A DNA stretch of 64,000 nt from Patescibacteria group bacterium (GTDB lineage Bacteria > Patescibacteriota > Minisyncoccia > Phycocordibacterales > JACOZG01), in assembly GCA_038065495.1 (NCBI GenBank), contig JBBTQW010000001.1:44137-108136 (forward strand), in the 5' to 3' direction. The position numbers were made by a program, and so were the translations under genes. Below are positions 48,048-58,263 of the stretch, in pieces. How positions within the stretch are numbered: position 1 is the stretch's first letter; each line of letters opens with the position of its first letter. The notes beneath the pieces were generated by a model. The model did no database searches, was not told where the DNA came from, and was given only the letters and a program-made list of their open reading frames with translations.

Positions 48048-48611
48048 GTGAAGAAAAAACTTAATTTTATCAAAACCGCCGCACTGGATCCCAATATCGG
48101 CGCCGTGGCGCGCAGTTCGCGATATGTCGTTAAGACTGTTTTAAGCAAATTAAAAGGCGAGGTCTTGAATCAAGTTTGGGAATATGGCCCAGGCGATGGC
48201 GTGGTGACCCGAGAAATTCTCAAGTTGTTACCAAAAAACGGCAAACTGACAGTAATCGAAACTAATGCGCATTTTGTCCGATCGCTAAAGCAAATCCCTG
48301 ATGCGCGATTAGAGATTATCCACGGCACGATCCAAGAAACACTACCAAGATTGCTCAAGCAAATTAGTCTAGAGAAAATTAAAGTAGATGCAACTATCTC
48401 CAGCGTGCCTTTTTCTTTCTTCACTCCACGCGAGCGTGATCAGATTATAAGACAAACCAGCTCGGCACTACGAGACGATGGCAAGTTTGTGGTCTTCAAC
48501 CAATACACGCCACTGATGTTCTTCCCAATCAAAAAACACCTCAAAAAGCTCAGGCTAAGTTATGAATTCCGCAATCTGCCACCGTGTTTCATCTTTTCTG
48601 CCAAAAAATAG
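48048..48611 (+). CDS. Phospholipid N-methyltransferase (PmtA)-like SAM methyltransferase
   Basis: IGAVARSS, EYGPGDG, SSVPF, NQY, RNLPP. Confidence 0.75.
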   Translation: MKKKLNFIKTAALDPNIGAVARSSRYVVKTVLSKLKGEVLNQVWEYGPGDGVVTREILKLLPKNGKLTVIETNAHFVRSLKQIPDARLEIIHGTIQETLPRLLKQISLEKIKVDATISSVPFSFFTPRERDQIIRQTSSALRDDGKFVVFNQYTPLMFFPIKKHLKKLRLSYEFRNLPPCFIFSAKK

Positions 48612-48773
48612 AGAGTATTTCCAGGCCTAAAAATAAGGCTTTTTTACCCCTTGACAAGAATGGGCCTATGGGTGTATAATGGGGGTTGGTTGAGTAAGGG
48701 GCTCGTGTGAGCTTCTGAAAATAGGAAACGGACAGTTGTTTGTAAACTGAATATAGAAGAAGGAGAATGTGTT

Positions 48774-49955
48774 ATGGCAGAGGTAAACTATCGCTCAACA
48801 GAAAACTTGGGGTGGTATCGCTCCGTTGTGGTACTTTTGTACATCACCTTTGTGGCAGTCGGTATTGCACTTTGGTGCTTCCCGATCGAAATCGTAAAGG
48901 GAAAGCCATTTGGACTTGATGTAACGTTCGGGTTCTTAGTCGTTTGTTACACCCTGGCTAGCTTACGGCAAGTTGGTGAAGATGAGCACGCGGCCAAAAC
49001 ATTTTTTGGTCGACCAATGCAGAACGTAGACTCTGGTCTAACGTTCGTACCGCTCTTTATCTGCAGACTGGTACGCTTCTCTACCAATCTCCAGACACTC
49101 GTTATCGGTTCTCCACGAGAACATCCAACGGAAAGGGACTCAGATGGTAAGATAAAAACATTTGACTTTGTCCCATCTCGAGGAACTCTGGTCAGTGAGG
49201 AGCCACTACGCATTACCACAGCAAGCTATACTGCTGCTGAGTGGAAAGTAGACGGGAATCCACTGTCAGAGGACGATGTTAAGAAAAGATTCCCAAGAGA
49301 AGACGCTTTAGCTGGCCGAAGTACCATTGACCCACAGATCATTGTCACATTTATCGTGCTTGACGCATGTAAATTTGTGAAGGCAGTTGGCTCAAAAATC
49401 GAATTGGCCGTTGCGCCAATTGCCCAAGCGGCACGTGGGACACTCCAGGCCTTTTGTGGTAAAAGAGATTTGTCGTTTATCATCCACCAACTTGAGGACG
49501 AAGCACAGAAACAACTGCTCCGCGACCTTGAGATACTGGTTGGTGACCCGGATTCTCTTGACCCAAATTCCAAGAAAGAACCTTTACACTGGGGTGTAGA
49601 CATCCGTGGTGTACGCATTAGTGACATCGGATTATCCTACAAGGTGAACAATGCCTTGTCGGAAGCCAGAGCGGCTGGAGCCAGAAAAGAGACGACGATC
49701 ACCGATGCCGAAGCTAACAAGAAAAAGTTCGAGCTTGAGGGCGAAGGTGCTGCGAAAGCTGCTTTCTTACTCCTACAAGCTCAGGCGCGAGGTTCTGCCA
49801 AGATGGCCAAGATAATGAAAACGGACGAAGGCAAACTTGCCGCCCAGCTACAAGCGATGAAAGAAGCGCTGAGCAAGGGCGACAACAAGCTCTTCATGGT
49901 CGGAGGAAAATTCCACGATCTGATGGAAATCCTGGCCAGCGCGCTTGGAAAGTGA
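48774..49955 (+). CDS. SPFH/band 7 (HflC/K-like) membrane protein
   Basis: Two N-terminal TMs, WGVDIRGVRISDI, AEA-rich coiled tail; TTGACA/TATAAT promoter, SD, terminator at 49979-50013. Confidence 0.75.
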   Translation: MAEVNYRSTENLGWYRSVVVLLYITFVAVGIALWCFPIEIVKGKPFGLDVTFGFLVVCYTLASLRQVGEDEHAAKTFFGRPMQNVDSGLTFVPLFICRLVRFSTNLQTLVIGSPREHPTERDSDGKIKTFDFVPSRGTLVSEEPLRITTASYTAAEWKVDGNPLSEDDVKKRFPREDALAGRSTIDPQIIVTFIVLDACKFVKAVGSKIELAVAPIAQAARGTLQAFCGKRDLSFIIHQLEDEAQKQLLRDLEILVGDPDSLDPNSKKEPLHWGVDIRGVRISDIGLSYKVNNALSEARAAGARKETTITDAEANKKKFELEGEGAAKAAFLLLQAQARGSAKMAKIMKTDEGKLAAQLQAMKEALSKGDNKLFMVGGKFHDLMEILASALGK

Positions 49956-50108
49956 GAATGATGATTTAGGCTAAGACAAGGCCGTTTGCAGTATTCTGCA
50001 GGCGGCCTTTTTTATACTTGACAAATCCTATGTACTTGCTATAATGGGGGTAGTGGTGCTGTATTGCGGCACTTTGACAACAAAATAACCAGAAAACAGG
50101 AGAATAAA

Positions 50109-50303
50109 ATGGACATTTTCCAGTGTCTATGCGTGGCCGCTATGATCGTCGGCGTGATTGGCTTTATTGCCAGTTTATGGGGAATCGGTCTCGGTTTCTT
50201 GGCTAGGTTATCACTGCGGACCGCTTGCTTTGCCTGCCAACAAATCCGGAGAGCCCGCCGTGAACACAAAAATAAAACAAAGAAAGAACAGGTGAAATCA
50301 TGA
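50109..50303 (+). CDS. Small membrane protein (cassette type)
   Basis: SD AGGAG, promoter 50018-50045, leader GCACTTTGACAA. Confidence 0.5.
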   Translation: MDIFQCLCVAAMIVGVIGFIASLWGIGLGFLARLSLRTACFACQQIRRARREHKNKTKKEQVKS

Positions 50304-51061
50304 AGTGGAAAAGTGCGCTCATTTCCATTGCTCTCGTAACTCTGACAATTTGGGCATTATCCTGGTGGAACAAAAACTCCACCAAATTACCACCGCCACC
50401 AACAGCACAGACGACAACAGGTACGACAAAGGAAGACAAAGAAACGGAAAGCAAGACAGACCGCACAACACCAACGCTGATCATGGTGGCAATAGTCGCC
50501 ACGATTGTCGTCGGAATTGCAATCAAACGACAGAGAGAAAAAGCTGAACTCGAGCGTCAAAAAAAGATTGCGAAAGAAACCCCCAAAGAGAAAGAGGCCA
50601 GACTGGATCAGGAGAAAAAAGACAAAGAAGCTTGGCAGAAAAGAAAGAAGAGTTTGAGTAAGTGGTTACTTGCCACTTTTCTAATCCTCCTCATCCTCTT
50701 CGCTGGCTGGAAAATCGGAGTAGTGGGTTATGTGCGGCAAGCTATGGCCAGCAACTCACGACCGGTGGGTACTGTTACAACAGTAACCAGAGCTCCGGCA
50801 CCGCAAATGCCGAGGTCTGGACATGCTGAGCTGTGGGTAGATGATCAGCACTGGGAAGAATTCGAGATCCATCACGAGGATGTCGAAATTCACCACTTCA
50901 ATGACGGACCAGTGGTTATCATCCCACCCCACGGCGCACCGGTGAGAAGTTATCCTAAGGAAGTCACCGTGTGGCCAAAGGATACTCAACGCAAGGGTGT
51001 CTGGCGCGTCCAGGCACTAAACCCTGGGCCGAAGTTTCGAGACACGTGGACTTGGGACTAA
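50300..51061 (+). CDS. Hypothetical 3-TM protein
   Basis: ATGA overlap with the upstream ORF; terminator at 51079-51123. Confidence 0.6.
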   Translation: MKWKSALISIALVTLTIWALSWWNKNSTKLPPPPTAQTTTGTTKEDKETESKTDRTTPTLIMVAIVATIVVGIAIKRQREKAELERQKKIAKETPKEKEARLDQEKKDKEAWQKRKKSLSKWLLATFLILLILFAGWKIGVVGYVRQAMASNSRPVGTVTTVTRAPAPQMPRSGHAELWVDDQHWEEFEIHHEDVEIHHFNDGPVVIIPPHGAPVRSYPKEVTVWPKDTQRKGVWRVQALNPGPKFRDTWTWD

Positions 51062-51134
51062 ACTCCCGAGTACCAAAAAGCCCCGCGCGCAACTACTTGT
51101 TGCGTGGCGGGGCTTTATTTTTTGATTTAGCAGA

Positions 51135-51416
51135 TTAGCGACAGTTAATCGTCGCGCAAACCAAGTTGAGAATACCGATCGCCGAGATCATAATGAAGAG
51201 GCCAATCACACCCCAGAGCACATGCTGGGCGCCCTTCTTGCGCGCCTCCTCATTGGTCTGCTCCGAGAGCATCTCGTACACACCGTAGAGAAAGGTGACA
51301 AAGGCGACGGCCCCCAAGAGTGTAATAATCGGCTTCGCAATTTTATCTACCACCTTATCAAGCACCGGCAAGCCTTTAACAGCTTGGGCATAAGCGACTG
51401 GCCAGAAGTTGGACAT
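51135..51416 (-). CDS. VirB2/TrbC-like pilin (5th of array)
   Basis: AYA|Q signal, two hydrophobic helices separated by EEARKKG, WGVIGLFIM. Confidence 0.7.
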   Translation of the reverse strand: MSNFWPVAYAQAVKGLPVLDKVVDKIAKPIITLLGAVAFVTFLYGVYEMLSEQTNEEARKKGAQHVLWGVIGLFIMISAIGILNLVCATINCR

Positions 51417-51429
51417 GCTTAATAGCTAA

Positions 51430-51792
51430 CTACTGACGCGGAATCTGAGGCAACGGCTGGCCAGGACCCTGACTATTGCCAAGACGGAAGGTGCCGCCGA
51501 GCAAATTGACTAGACCCCAAACCGAGACCATCACAAAGATCGCGATAATACCATTGATCATCATACTGCGACCGGCGGACTGTGCATCTTCGTCACCAGC
51601 CGACATCACATACTTGAGCACGCCGTAGAGGAAGTAGACCACGGCTAAACCGATGATGAGCGGAATAACGTAAACGTTGATAATCCGGATAATGATCTCA
51701 AAGATTCCCTCCACACTATTCTGCGCTAGCGCGAGCACTGGCAGGGCCAGAGCGGCCAGAGGCACAGCATACTTTTTTACAATCTGTAACAT
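51430..51792 (-). CDS. VirB2/TrbC-like pilin (4th of array)
   Basis: ALA|Q signal, AGDEDAQSAGRSMMINGII, VWGLV. Confidence 0.7.
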   Translation of the reverse strand: MLQIVKKYAVPLAALALPVLALAQNSVEGIFEIIIRIINVYVIPLIIGLAVVYFLYGVLKYVMSAGDEDAQSAGRSMMINGIIAIFVMVSVWGLVNLLGGTFRLGNSQGPGQPLPQIPRQ

Positions 51793-51868
51793 ATTTTTTA
51801 CTTATTTTACTTCTTATAAACTAATAATAACTAAACTAAGTTGACCCCTAAATTATACTAAACTTGGG

Positions 51869-52153
51869 CTAAGAACCAAAGTAGGGCAATGGCGGCGTGC
51901 TGTTATCTAGCACAAAGGTGCCACCCAGCACATTTACCAAGCCCCACACCGAGATCATCACAAAGAGGCCAATAATCCCGTACAACATCATCTTCCTCCC
52001 CTCTTCTTGCTCTTTGGCATCGCCTGCTTTGCTCATATATTTTAGCACCCCAAGGAGAAAGTAGACAACCGCCGCGCCAATAAATAGCGCAATGAGCGGC
52101 TGCAGAATCGCGTCGGTAAAGAGTTTGACTAAGCCAGCAAAATCTCTAGTCAT
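51869..52153 (-). CDS. VirB2/TrbC-like pilin (3rd of array)
   Basis: AGDAKEQEEGRKMMLYGIIG, VWGLV. Confidence 0.7.
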   Translation of the reverse strand: MTRDFAGLVKLFTDAILQPLIALFIGAAVVYFLLGVLKYMSKAGDAKEQEEGRKMMLYGIIGLFVMISVWGLVNVLGGTFVLDNSTPPLPYFGS

Positions 52154-52180
52154 AATATTTTATATAATTATTTAACAAAA

Positions 52181-52516
52181 TTATTTCAAGCTATTAATCG
52201 TCTGGCCGATGGCAGAAGAAATGATGTACGCACCCAATATAATCGCCGCGCCAATGACCACGCCCAGCAGAGCACGTTTCGCGTCACTCAACTTATCCGG
52301 TGCGCCACGAGCTTGGACGAAGAGGAAACCCACATACACTATCGCCACCACCAGCACCGGCAGGCCCACCTGCACTACAATCTCGAGCAATTTATTTACA
52401 AAATCTTGAATGCTACAAATATTGATCGGATTGCTGATTGGCCCGGAACCGCCGCAGTTGCCTGAGCTTGGACGCGGGATTACATCAGCCGCGTAAACGA
52501 TAAATTGATCTAACAT
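52181..52516 (-). CDS. VirB2/TrbC-like pilin (2nd of array)
   Basis: NPI, ARGAPDKLSDAKRALLG. Confidence 0.7.
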   Translation of the reverse strand: MLDQFIVYAADVIPRPSSGNCGGSGPISNPINICSIQDFVNKLLEIVVQVGLPVLVVAIVYVGFLFVQARGAPDKLSDAKRALLGVVIGAAIILGAYIISSAIGQTINSLK

Positions 52517-52546
52517 GACGAGTTCATTCTAGCACTTTATTGCTCA

Positions 52547-52966
52547 CTACTGGGGCAAGAAGCTGTGGACAGAGCTCTTGAGCGTATCTTTGGCGAGATA
52601 ATTAAAGATCGTATTGACGATTAGCCACGCGGCCAGCACCAGCGCCAGGCCAATGATCGCCGCCTGCAGGATCTCAATTGCTTGCTTGCGCTTCTCCGGT
52701 TTGGCTGGCTGGCTGGCCATGCCAATGCCGGCATAAGCAATCGCCACGGTGGCCACCGGCACAGCGAGGACAAAAGTAAAATAGTTCACAATATTCTGCA
52801 CAAGCTTAAAGAAGTCATTGGTCTGGCACTCGGCCTGGCCGGGATTGCCGCAAGGCACAATATTACTAGCCACTTGCGCGTGAGTCACCGAAGCCGAAAA
52901 AATTAGCGTGAGGCTAAAAAGTAAAACTAAAGCGAGAACAATAATTCTGCTAAATAAATTATTCAT
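52547..52966 (-). CDS. VirB2/TrbC-like pilin (1st of array)
   Basis: THA|Q signal, VPCG...C...DFFKLVQNI, IIGLALVLAAWLIV. Confidence 0.7.
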   Translation of the reverse strand: MNNLFSRIIVLALVLLFSLTLIFSASVTHAQVASNIVPCGNPGQAECQTNDFFKLVQNIVNYFTFVLAVPVATVAIAYAGIGMASQPAKPEKRKQAIEILQAAIIGLALVLAAWLIVNTIFNYLAKDTLKSSVHSFLPQ

Positions 52967-54284
52967 TATTATTTGCCGGCAAGAGATCTTGTAATTGCGC
53001 GCTGGCATCACTCACCGCGCGGCTGGGATCAACGCGGCCAAGCGCAAGCGACTCGGCCATCTGGCGCCAGAGCAGGAGCGTTTTATCCGGTGCCGGATCT
53101 AGCCAGTCGCGGGCAATTACGGCGGCTTGGTAGAGCACACTCTGGTCTGGATCAGCCGGGAGCGTGGCCAGCAAGTCATTACGCGCCGGTGGCAGAGTGG
53201 CCGCCGTGGCAACGAGCGCGGCAAAGTCCGGACCGGAGAGCAAGTTAGCCACGGCTATAGCCGTATTGGGATTGGCCGCGCCGCGAGCGAGGGCGAGGAA
53301 GTGGAAGCGGCCGAGAGTGAGCTGGCGCGATCCGCCCTCACGCTGGGGTGGCGTGGCAATGTAGAAGTTAAGTTGGGGATTCTGCGCAGCTAGGCGGTCG
53401 ATCTCACTGCCCCAGCCCAAGTACATCGCAAGCTTGCCGCGGAGGAAGGCCTCACGCGCCTCGGGTTGAGAACTATTCCACGCATAGAGCGTATTGGCCG
53501 GATCGGTGAAGCGGAGGAAGAAGGCGAGAGCCTCGCTGGCTGGCTGCTGACTAAAACCCAGCGCCTCTTTAAGCGTCACTTTTGGCAACCCGGCCGAGCG
53601 CGCGACAATGGGATTGCCGGCTTGCATAATCAAGAGTGAGAGCAGCTCTTTGGCATTAGAAATATTAGAGAAAGTGCCAAGGGCAATGCCACTCTGGCTG
53701 ATATTGCCGCGGCCATCGGTCTGCGTTAATAATTTGTTCACGGTCGCTAAGTCTTTCCAAGTTCTGGGTACAGACGGCACTTTGGCATTGGCGAGCAAAT
53801 CTTGATTGTAGAAGAGCACAAGTGGATCAACATATACTGGCCAACCATAGACACCGTCCGGACCAAATAATAATTCCCAATCTCGAATATGCGTGCCAAG
53901 CACAAAAGTATCTTTGAAAGTTTGTTTAGAAAATGTTTCGTACGGAATCTGCTGAAGTTTCGCCGCTTGTCTAGTGAGAATATCAGAAGATAAAGTAACT
54001 AAATCCGGTCCGCGGCCCAGCGCTAGCGCTTCGACTAGATCATTCTCTAGCGTCTCGGGATTTTTCTCCACATATACCAGCGAGAACTGGTCTTGGTGTT
54101 CTTGTCGCGCTTTTTCTAGCACGCTATTCAGCCTTTCCGCCGGGATCGTCCCCCACCAGACCACTGTGCCGCCGAGGCCACCCGTGGGCGCGCGGAAGCC
54201 GGGCAAGACACCGGCAAAAACGAGCACGCCCACGAGCAGCGCGACGATAAAAATAGCAATGATAGTGATCTGGAAGCCGTTCAT
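52959..54284 (-). CDS. Extracellular solute-binding protein (sugar-type, family 1)
   Basis: TM anchor, GRGPDL, DPLVLFYNQDL, PRTW, FLRGKLAMY. Confidence 0.8.
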   Translation of the reverse strand: MNGFQITIIAIFIVALLVGVLVFAGVLPGFRAPTGGLGGTVVWWGTIPAERLNSVLEKARQEHQDQFSLVYVEKNPETLENDLVEALALGRGPDLVTLSSDILTRQAAKLQQIPYETFSKQTFKDTFVLGTHIRDWELLFGPDGVYGWPVYVDPLVLFYNQDLLANAKVPSVPRTWKDLATVNKLLTQTDGRGNISQSGIALGTFSNISNAKELLSLLIMQAGNPIVARSAGLPKVTLKEALGFSQQPASEALAFFLRFTDPANTLYAWNSSQPEAREAFLRGKLAMYLGWGSEIDRLAAQNPQLNFYIATPPQREGGSRQLTLGRFHFLALARGAANPNTAIAVANLLSGPDFAALVATAATLPPARNDLLATLPADPDQSVLYQAAVIARDWLDPAPDKTLLLWRQMAESLALGRVDPSRAVSDASAQLQDLLPANNNE

Positions 54285-54823
54285 GATTTTAATTCTTTTA
54301 TTTTAGCAAAAATCAGACCATAATGATGCTCCCCGGCTGGGAAATTTTCTTGGAACTCAAAGCCAGCCTGCGTGGCAATCTCTTTGACCTGATCTGGTTT
54401 AATTATTTTTTCCGTATTTGGTCCGAGATTAGAAAAAGAATCACTCCAGTCTATTACTATTAGTTTTCCATCCGCTTTTAAAATTCTTTTCGCCTCCAAG
54501 AACATGCTATATTTCTGCTCGGACTGGAATAAAATATTCGCTACCAAAACAGCATCTACACTAGCATCTTGCAATTTAGAGCCACCGAGTTTATCCACAT
54601 CGCCCCAGAGATATTTAATATTCGTGACGCGACGAGATTTAGCCTCGTTCGCTAATCTATCTAGCAATTCCTTCTGTACTTCTACTGCATACACCATCCC
54701 GCTATTACCCACGCGCGCCGCCATAGCCAGCGTGTAAGCGCCCGAACCGGCACCAAAGTCGGCGACGCGCGCGCCTTCTCGCAAACCAAAATACGGTACA
54801 TTTTTTTCCGGATCAGAGAACAT
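54281..54823 (-). CDS. Class I SAM-dependent methyltransferase
   Basis: VADFGAGSG, YAVEVQ, IDW, HHYGLIF. Confidence 0.85.
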   Translation of the reverse strand: MFSDPEKNVPYFGLREGARVADFGAGSGAYTLAMAARVGNSGMVYAVEVQKELLDRLANEAKSRRVTNIKYLWGDVDKLGGSKLQDASVDAVLVANILFQSEQKYSMFLEAKRILKADGKLIVIDWSDSFSNLGPNTEKIIKPDQVKEIATQAGFEFQENFPAGEHHYGLIFAKIKELKS

Positions 54824-54895
54824 GTTGTGGTGAGAATAATTATAACACTAAATCTGATTTAACAGGACAAGTTACCTGTGATAGAATAATTTTCG

Positions 54896-55072
54896 ACAAC
54901 TTAATAGTAAAAGTAGCCTAAACCAGTGAGTAATCACTGGCATGGCGAAAGTCAGTCACGTAATGCACAGAAAACCCATCATGGGGTCGCATTACGTGCC
55001 GTATCGGGAAACCGATACGAGTGGCGCAAGCCACTACCTGTGGTGGGCTTTCTGTTCCTCGCTACAGGTAAT
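54896..55072 (+). ncRNA. Putative structured RNA (leader or independent), family unidentified
   Basis: Four GNRA-capped hairpins (GTAA, GAAA, GAAA, GCAA), a 10-bp stem cacgtaatgc/gcattacgtg, and its loop complementary to 55037-55055. Confidence 0.65.
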
Positions 55073-55102
55073 TACAAATAAAAACGCAAAAAAAAATAAA
55101 AT

Positions 55103-55765
55103 ATGAAAATAGTGCGAGACCTTACCGTTGAATATAAAAAGAACCCAGTCCAAGCAATAATTGTGTCATTACTCATCCTCCTCGGGTTAATATTTGCGCG
55201 GTACATAACTATTTCCCTAGTTATAATCGTGTACTTAGCGAGAAAGTTTAAGAAAGACGAACGAGAGAAAAAAGACATGAAGAAGAAATGCTCGCATTGT
55301 CAGACAGAAATAACTTGGCTCGCGACAAGGTGTCCGCATTGTCACGGCAAAATGCAAGTATGGACAGCAGATTCAAAAATAGTAGCCACCATCCTAGCCG
55401 TGTCACTTTTTGTAGGAATAGTAAAGATCAGTTCAATGTCATCGAACACTTCTAGCCTAACCAACACATCACCAAGCGCCCCTTCTCAAGAACAAATAAA
55501 CAAAAAGCGAGAAATAGAATCTATTGTTTACGCAAAAGAAGTCATTAAGGAAACACTGAAAGCTCCCTCAACAGCTAAATTCGTTGATGTAAGGAGCTAC
55601 GAACTTTCAAACCAGAAAGATGTTTGGGCGGTAAACGGTTATGTAGATAGCCAAAATAGTTTTGGCGCGATGATAAGAAACATGTGGGAAGTTCAGCTTG
55701 ATTATAGAAACGGAAAAGGAGGGACGGTAAAAAGTATTCTCTTCGACGGAAAGCAGTTACAATAA
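55103..55765 (+). CDS. Hypothetical membrane protein with zinc ribbon, AT-rich
   Basis: TM, CSHC...CPHC, TM, LKAPSTAKF...VDSQNSFGAMIR domain. Confidence 0.7.
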   Translation: MKIVRDLTVEYKKNPVQAIIVSLLILLGLIFARYITISLVIIVYLARKFKKDEREKKDMKKKCSHCQTEITWLATRCPHCHGKMQVWTADSKIVATILAVSLFVGIVKISSMSSNTSSLTNTSPSAPSQEQINKKREIESIVYAKEVIKETLKAPSTAKFVDVRSYELSNQKDVWAVNGYVDSQNSFGAMIRNMWEVQLDYRNGKGGTVKSILFDGKQLQ

Positions 55766-55791
55766 AAACTTCAGCTAAAAAGTCTCTGTTT

Positions 55792-58263
55792 TTACAAAAA
55801 CGTCAAACTCGCCAATCTGTCATTCTCACGCAGTTTCATAATTCTCACGCCTTGCGTTTGCCGACCGAGGCTGGGGATCTGGCCGAGAGCGGTGCGGATC
55901 ACCTGGCTCTGCTTGCTCATCGCTACAATCTCACTTTCTTCCGGATAAATCACGCGGCCGCTGACGAGCTTGCCGGTTTTGCTCGTAATTTTGGCCGTTT
56001 TGATCCCCGAGCCACCGCGCTTCTGTGTTTTGTATTCTTTTAATTTTGTTTTTTTGCCATAACCATTTTCCGTCATGATTAGAAATTCGGCGTCACTATT
56101 CCCCGCTTTGACGATACTGGCACCGATCACTTCGTCGCCTTTCTTGAGCTTCATCCCGCGCACGCCGCCAGCTGCGCGACCCATCTCGCGGATGTCTTTT
56201 TCTTTAAATCTGATCGCCTGACCACCAGCCGAAGCGGTGATCACTTCGTCCCCGGCTTCGACAAGAATAACAGAGAGTAGCGAGTCGCCAGCTTCTAATC
56301 TGATAGCAAGAATCCCGCTCCGTCGCACGTCTTGGAAGCTCGCGGCCGAGACTTTCTTAGTCACGCCATGCTTGGTAATCATCAAGAGCGAGGCGGTCTT
56401 CCCCTTACTACTTTTTGGTACCGGCAAGACCGAGGTAATTTTCTCATCATCAGCGAGCGGGAGAAAATTCATCACACTCTTGCCGCGTGTGGCGCGTTTG
56501 CCTTCGGGGATATCATACATCTTGAGCTGATAAGCCTTGCCTCGGTTTGTAAAGAAAAGTAAATCACTGTGTGTGTTCGCCGAGAGTAGAATCGTGACAA
56601 AGTCTTCTTCTTTTACATCTAAATCTCCGACTCCAACGCCGCCACGGCGCTGGGCGCGATACTCCACCGGATCTGTACGCTTCACATAACCACCAGCCGT
56701 CAGCACCAGCACATTCTCTTTTTCCGGGATCAAGTCTTCCGTATTAATCTCCGTCGCGCCGTGCTTCACGACTTTCGTCTTTCTCGGTTTAGCATACTTG
56801 GCCGTGATTTCTTCAAATTCCTGACGCACCACAGCGAGAATTTTCTTGCTACTCGCCAATAAATCTCTTAACGCTTTGATCAGTTCTTGCTTCTCTTTCA
56901 GCTCTTCAATAATTTTCTTAATTTCCAGCCCAGCCAATTTCTGCAGTTTCATTTCCAGAATCGCCACGGCTTGCCGCTCCGTAAATTTAAACTTCTTGAT
57001 TAGATTTTCTTTCGCTGCTTCTGTATCTTGTGATTTTTTAATAGTCGCGATAATTTCGTCAATAATATCTATAGCCTTTTTCAAGCCCAGCAAGATATGC
57101 TCCCGTTCTTCCGCTCTAGCTAAATCAAATTTGCTTCTTCTGGTCACAATCTCCTGCCGATGTTTAACAAATTCTTCCGCCACATCACGGATCGAGAGCA
57201 ATCTGGGCACGCCTTCAACGAGAGCGAGCATGTTGTAATGGAAAACTGTTTCTAATTCCGTATTTTTATATAAAGCGTTAACAACTTTCTGCGGAAAAGC
57301 GCCATTCTTGAGCTCAATCACAATGCGCATGTTGTCGAGCGTCGTTGATTCATCACGCAGACCCCTAATTCCCTCAATCTTTTTCTCACGCACCAAGTCC
57401 GCAATTTTGGTAATCAAATCTTGTTTATTAACTTGATACGGAATAGAAGTGATAATAATCTGGAACAAACCACTTTTTTCTTCAATAATTTCCGTCTCGC
57501 CGCGCACCAGCACGCCGCCGCGGCCGGTCGCGCTGGCATGAGCGATGTCTTTTTCATTAAAAATCAAACCGCCGGTGGGGAAATCCGGACCTTTGATAAA
57601 CTTTAAGAGATCATCAGTCGTAGCACTTGGCTCGTCGATGAGGTGAATCAGAGCGCCCATCACTTCGCCAAGATTGTGCGGCAGGATTTTCGTGGCCATG
57701 CCAACGGCAATGCCCACCGTGCCGTTGATCAATAAATTTGGTATGGCCGATGGCAAGACGCTTGGTTCTTGGCGCGTGCCGTCATAATTGGGAAGAAAGT
57801 TGACCGTGTCTTTTTCCAAATCTCGTAATAGCTCCCCAGCAAGTGGCGCCATTTTTACTTCCGTATAACGCATCGCGGCCGGTGGATCGCCGTCAATCGA
57901 GCCAAAATTTCCCTGGCCGATCACCAATGGATGGAGTAGCGAGAAATCTTGGGCAATTCTGGTAAGCGCGCCGTAGCAAGCCGGATCACCGTGTGGATGA
58001 TATTTACCCAACACATCACCCACTACCAGCGCCGACTTCCGAAATTTGGCCGTCGCGCCCAAACCAAGCTCATGCATGGAGTATAAAATTCTTCTTTGTA
58101 CTGGCTTCAGCCCATCACGGACGTCTGGTAGCGCGCGATCCACGATCACGCTCATGGCGTAGTCGATGTAAGAGGTCTTCATCTCGCCGGTAATATCCGT
58201 GAGGATCACCCGCGGTTCGCCCGCCTCAAAGTTATTAACTAATTTTGTTTCAGACTTTGCCAT
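55792..58263 (-). CDS. gyrA: DNA gyrase subunit A
   Basis: [25 protein letters not shown], GyrA-box QRRGGVG, pinwheel repeats. Confidence 0.97.
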   Translation of the reverse strand: MAKSETKLVNNFEAGEPRVILTDITGEMKTSYIDYAMSVIVDRALPDVRDGLKPVQRRILYSMHELGLGATAKFRKSALVVGDVLGKYHPHGDPACYGALTRIAQDFSLLHPLVIGQGNFGSIDGDPPAAMRYTEVKMAPLAGELLRDLEKDTVNFLPNYDGTRQEPSVLPSAIPNLLINGTVGIAVGMATKILPHNLGEVMGALIHLIDEPSATTDDLLKFIKGPDFPTGGLIFNEKDIAHASATGRGGVLVRGETEIIEEKSGLFQIIITSIPYQVNKQDLITKIADLVREKKIEGIRGLRDESTTLDNMRIVIELKNGAFPQKVVNALYKNTELETVFHYNMLALVEGVPRLLSIRDVAEEFVKHRQEIVTRRSKFDLARAEEREHILLGLKKAIDIIDEIIATIKKSQDTEAAKENLIKKFKFTERQAVAILEMKLQKLAGLEIKKIIEELKEKQELIKALRDLLASSKKILAVVRQEFEEITAKYAKPRKTKVVKHGATEINTEDLIPEKENVLVLTAGGYVKRTDPVEYRAQRRGGVGVGDLDVKEEDFVTILLSANTHSDLLFFTNRGKAYQLKMYDIPEGKRATRGKSVMNFLPLADDEKITSVLPVPKSSKGKTASLLMITKHGVTKKVSAASFQDVRRSGILAIRLEAGDSLLSVILVEAGDEVITASAGGQAIRFKEKDIREMGRAAGGVRGMKLKKGDEVIGASIVKAGNSDAEFLIMTENGYGKKTKLKEYKTQKRGGSGIKTAKITSKTGKLVSGRVIYPEESEIVAMSKQSQVIRTALGQIPSLGRQTQGVRIMKLRENDRLASLTFL

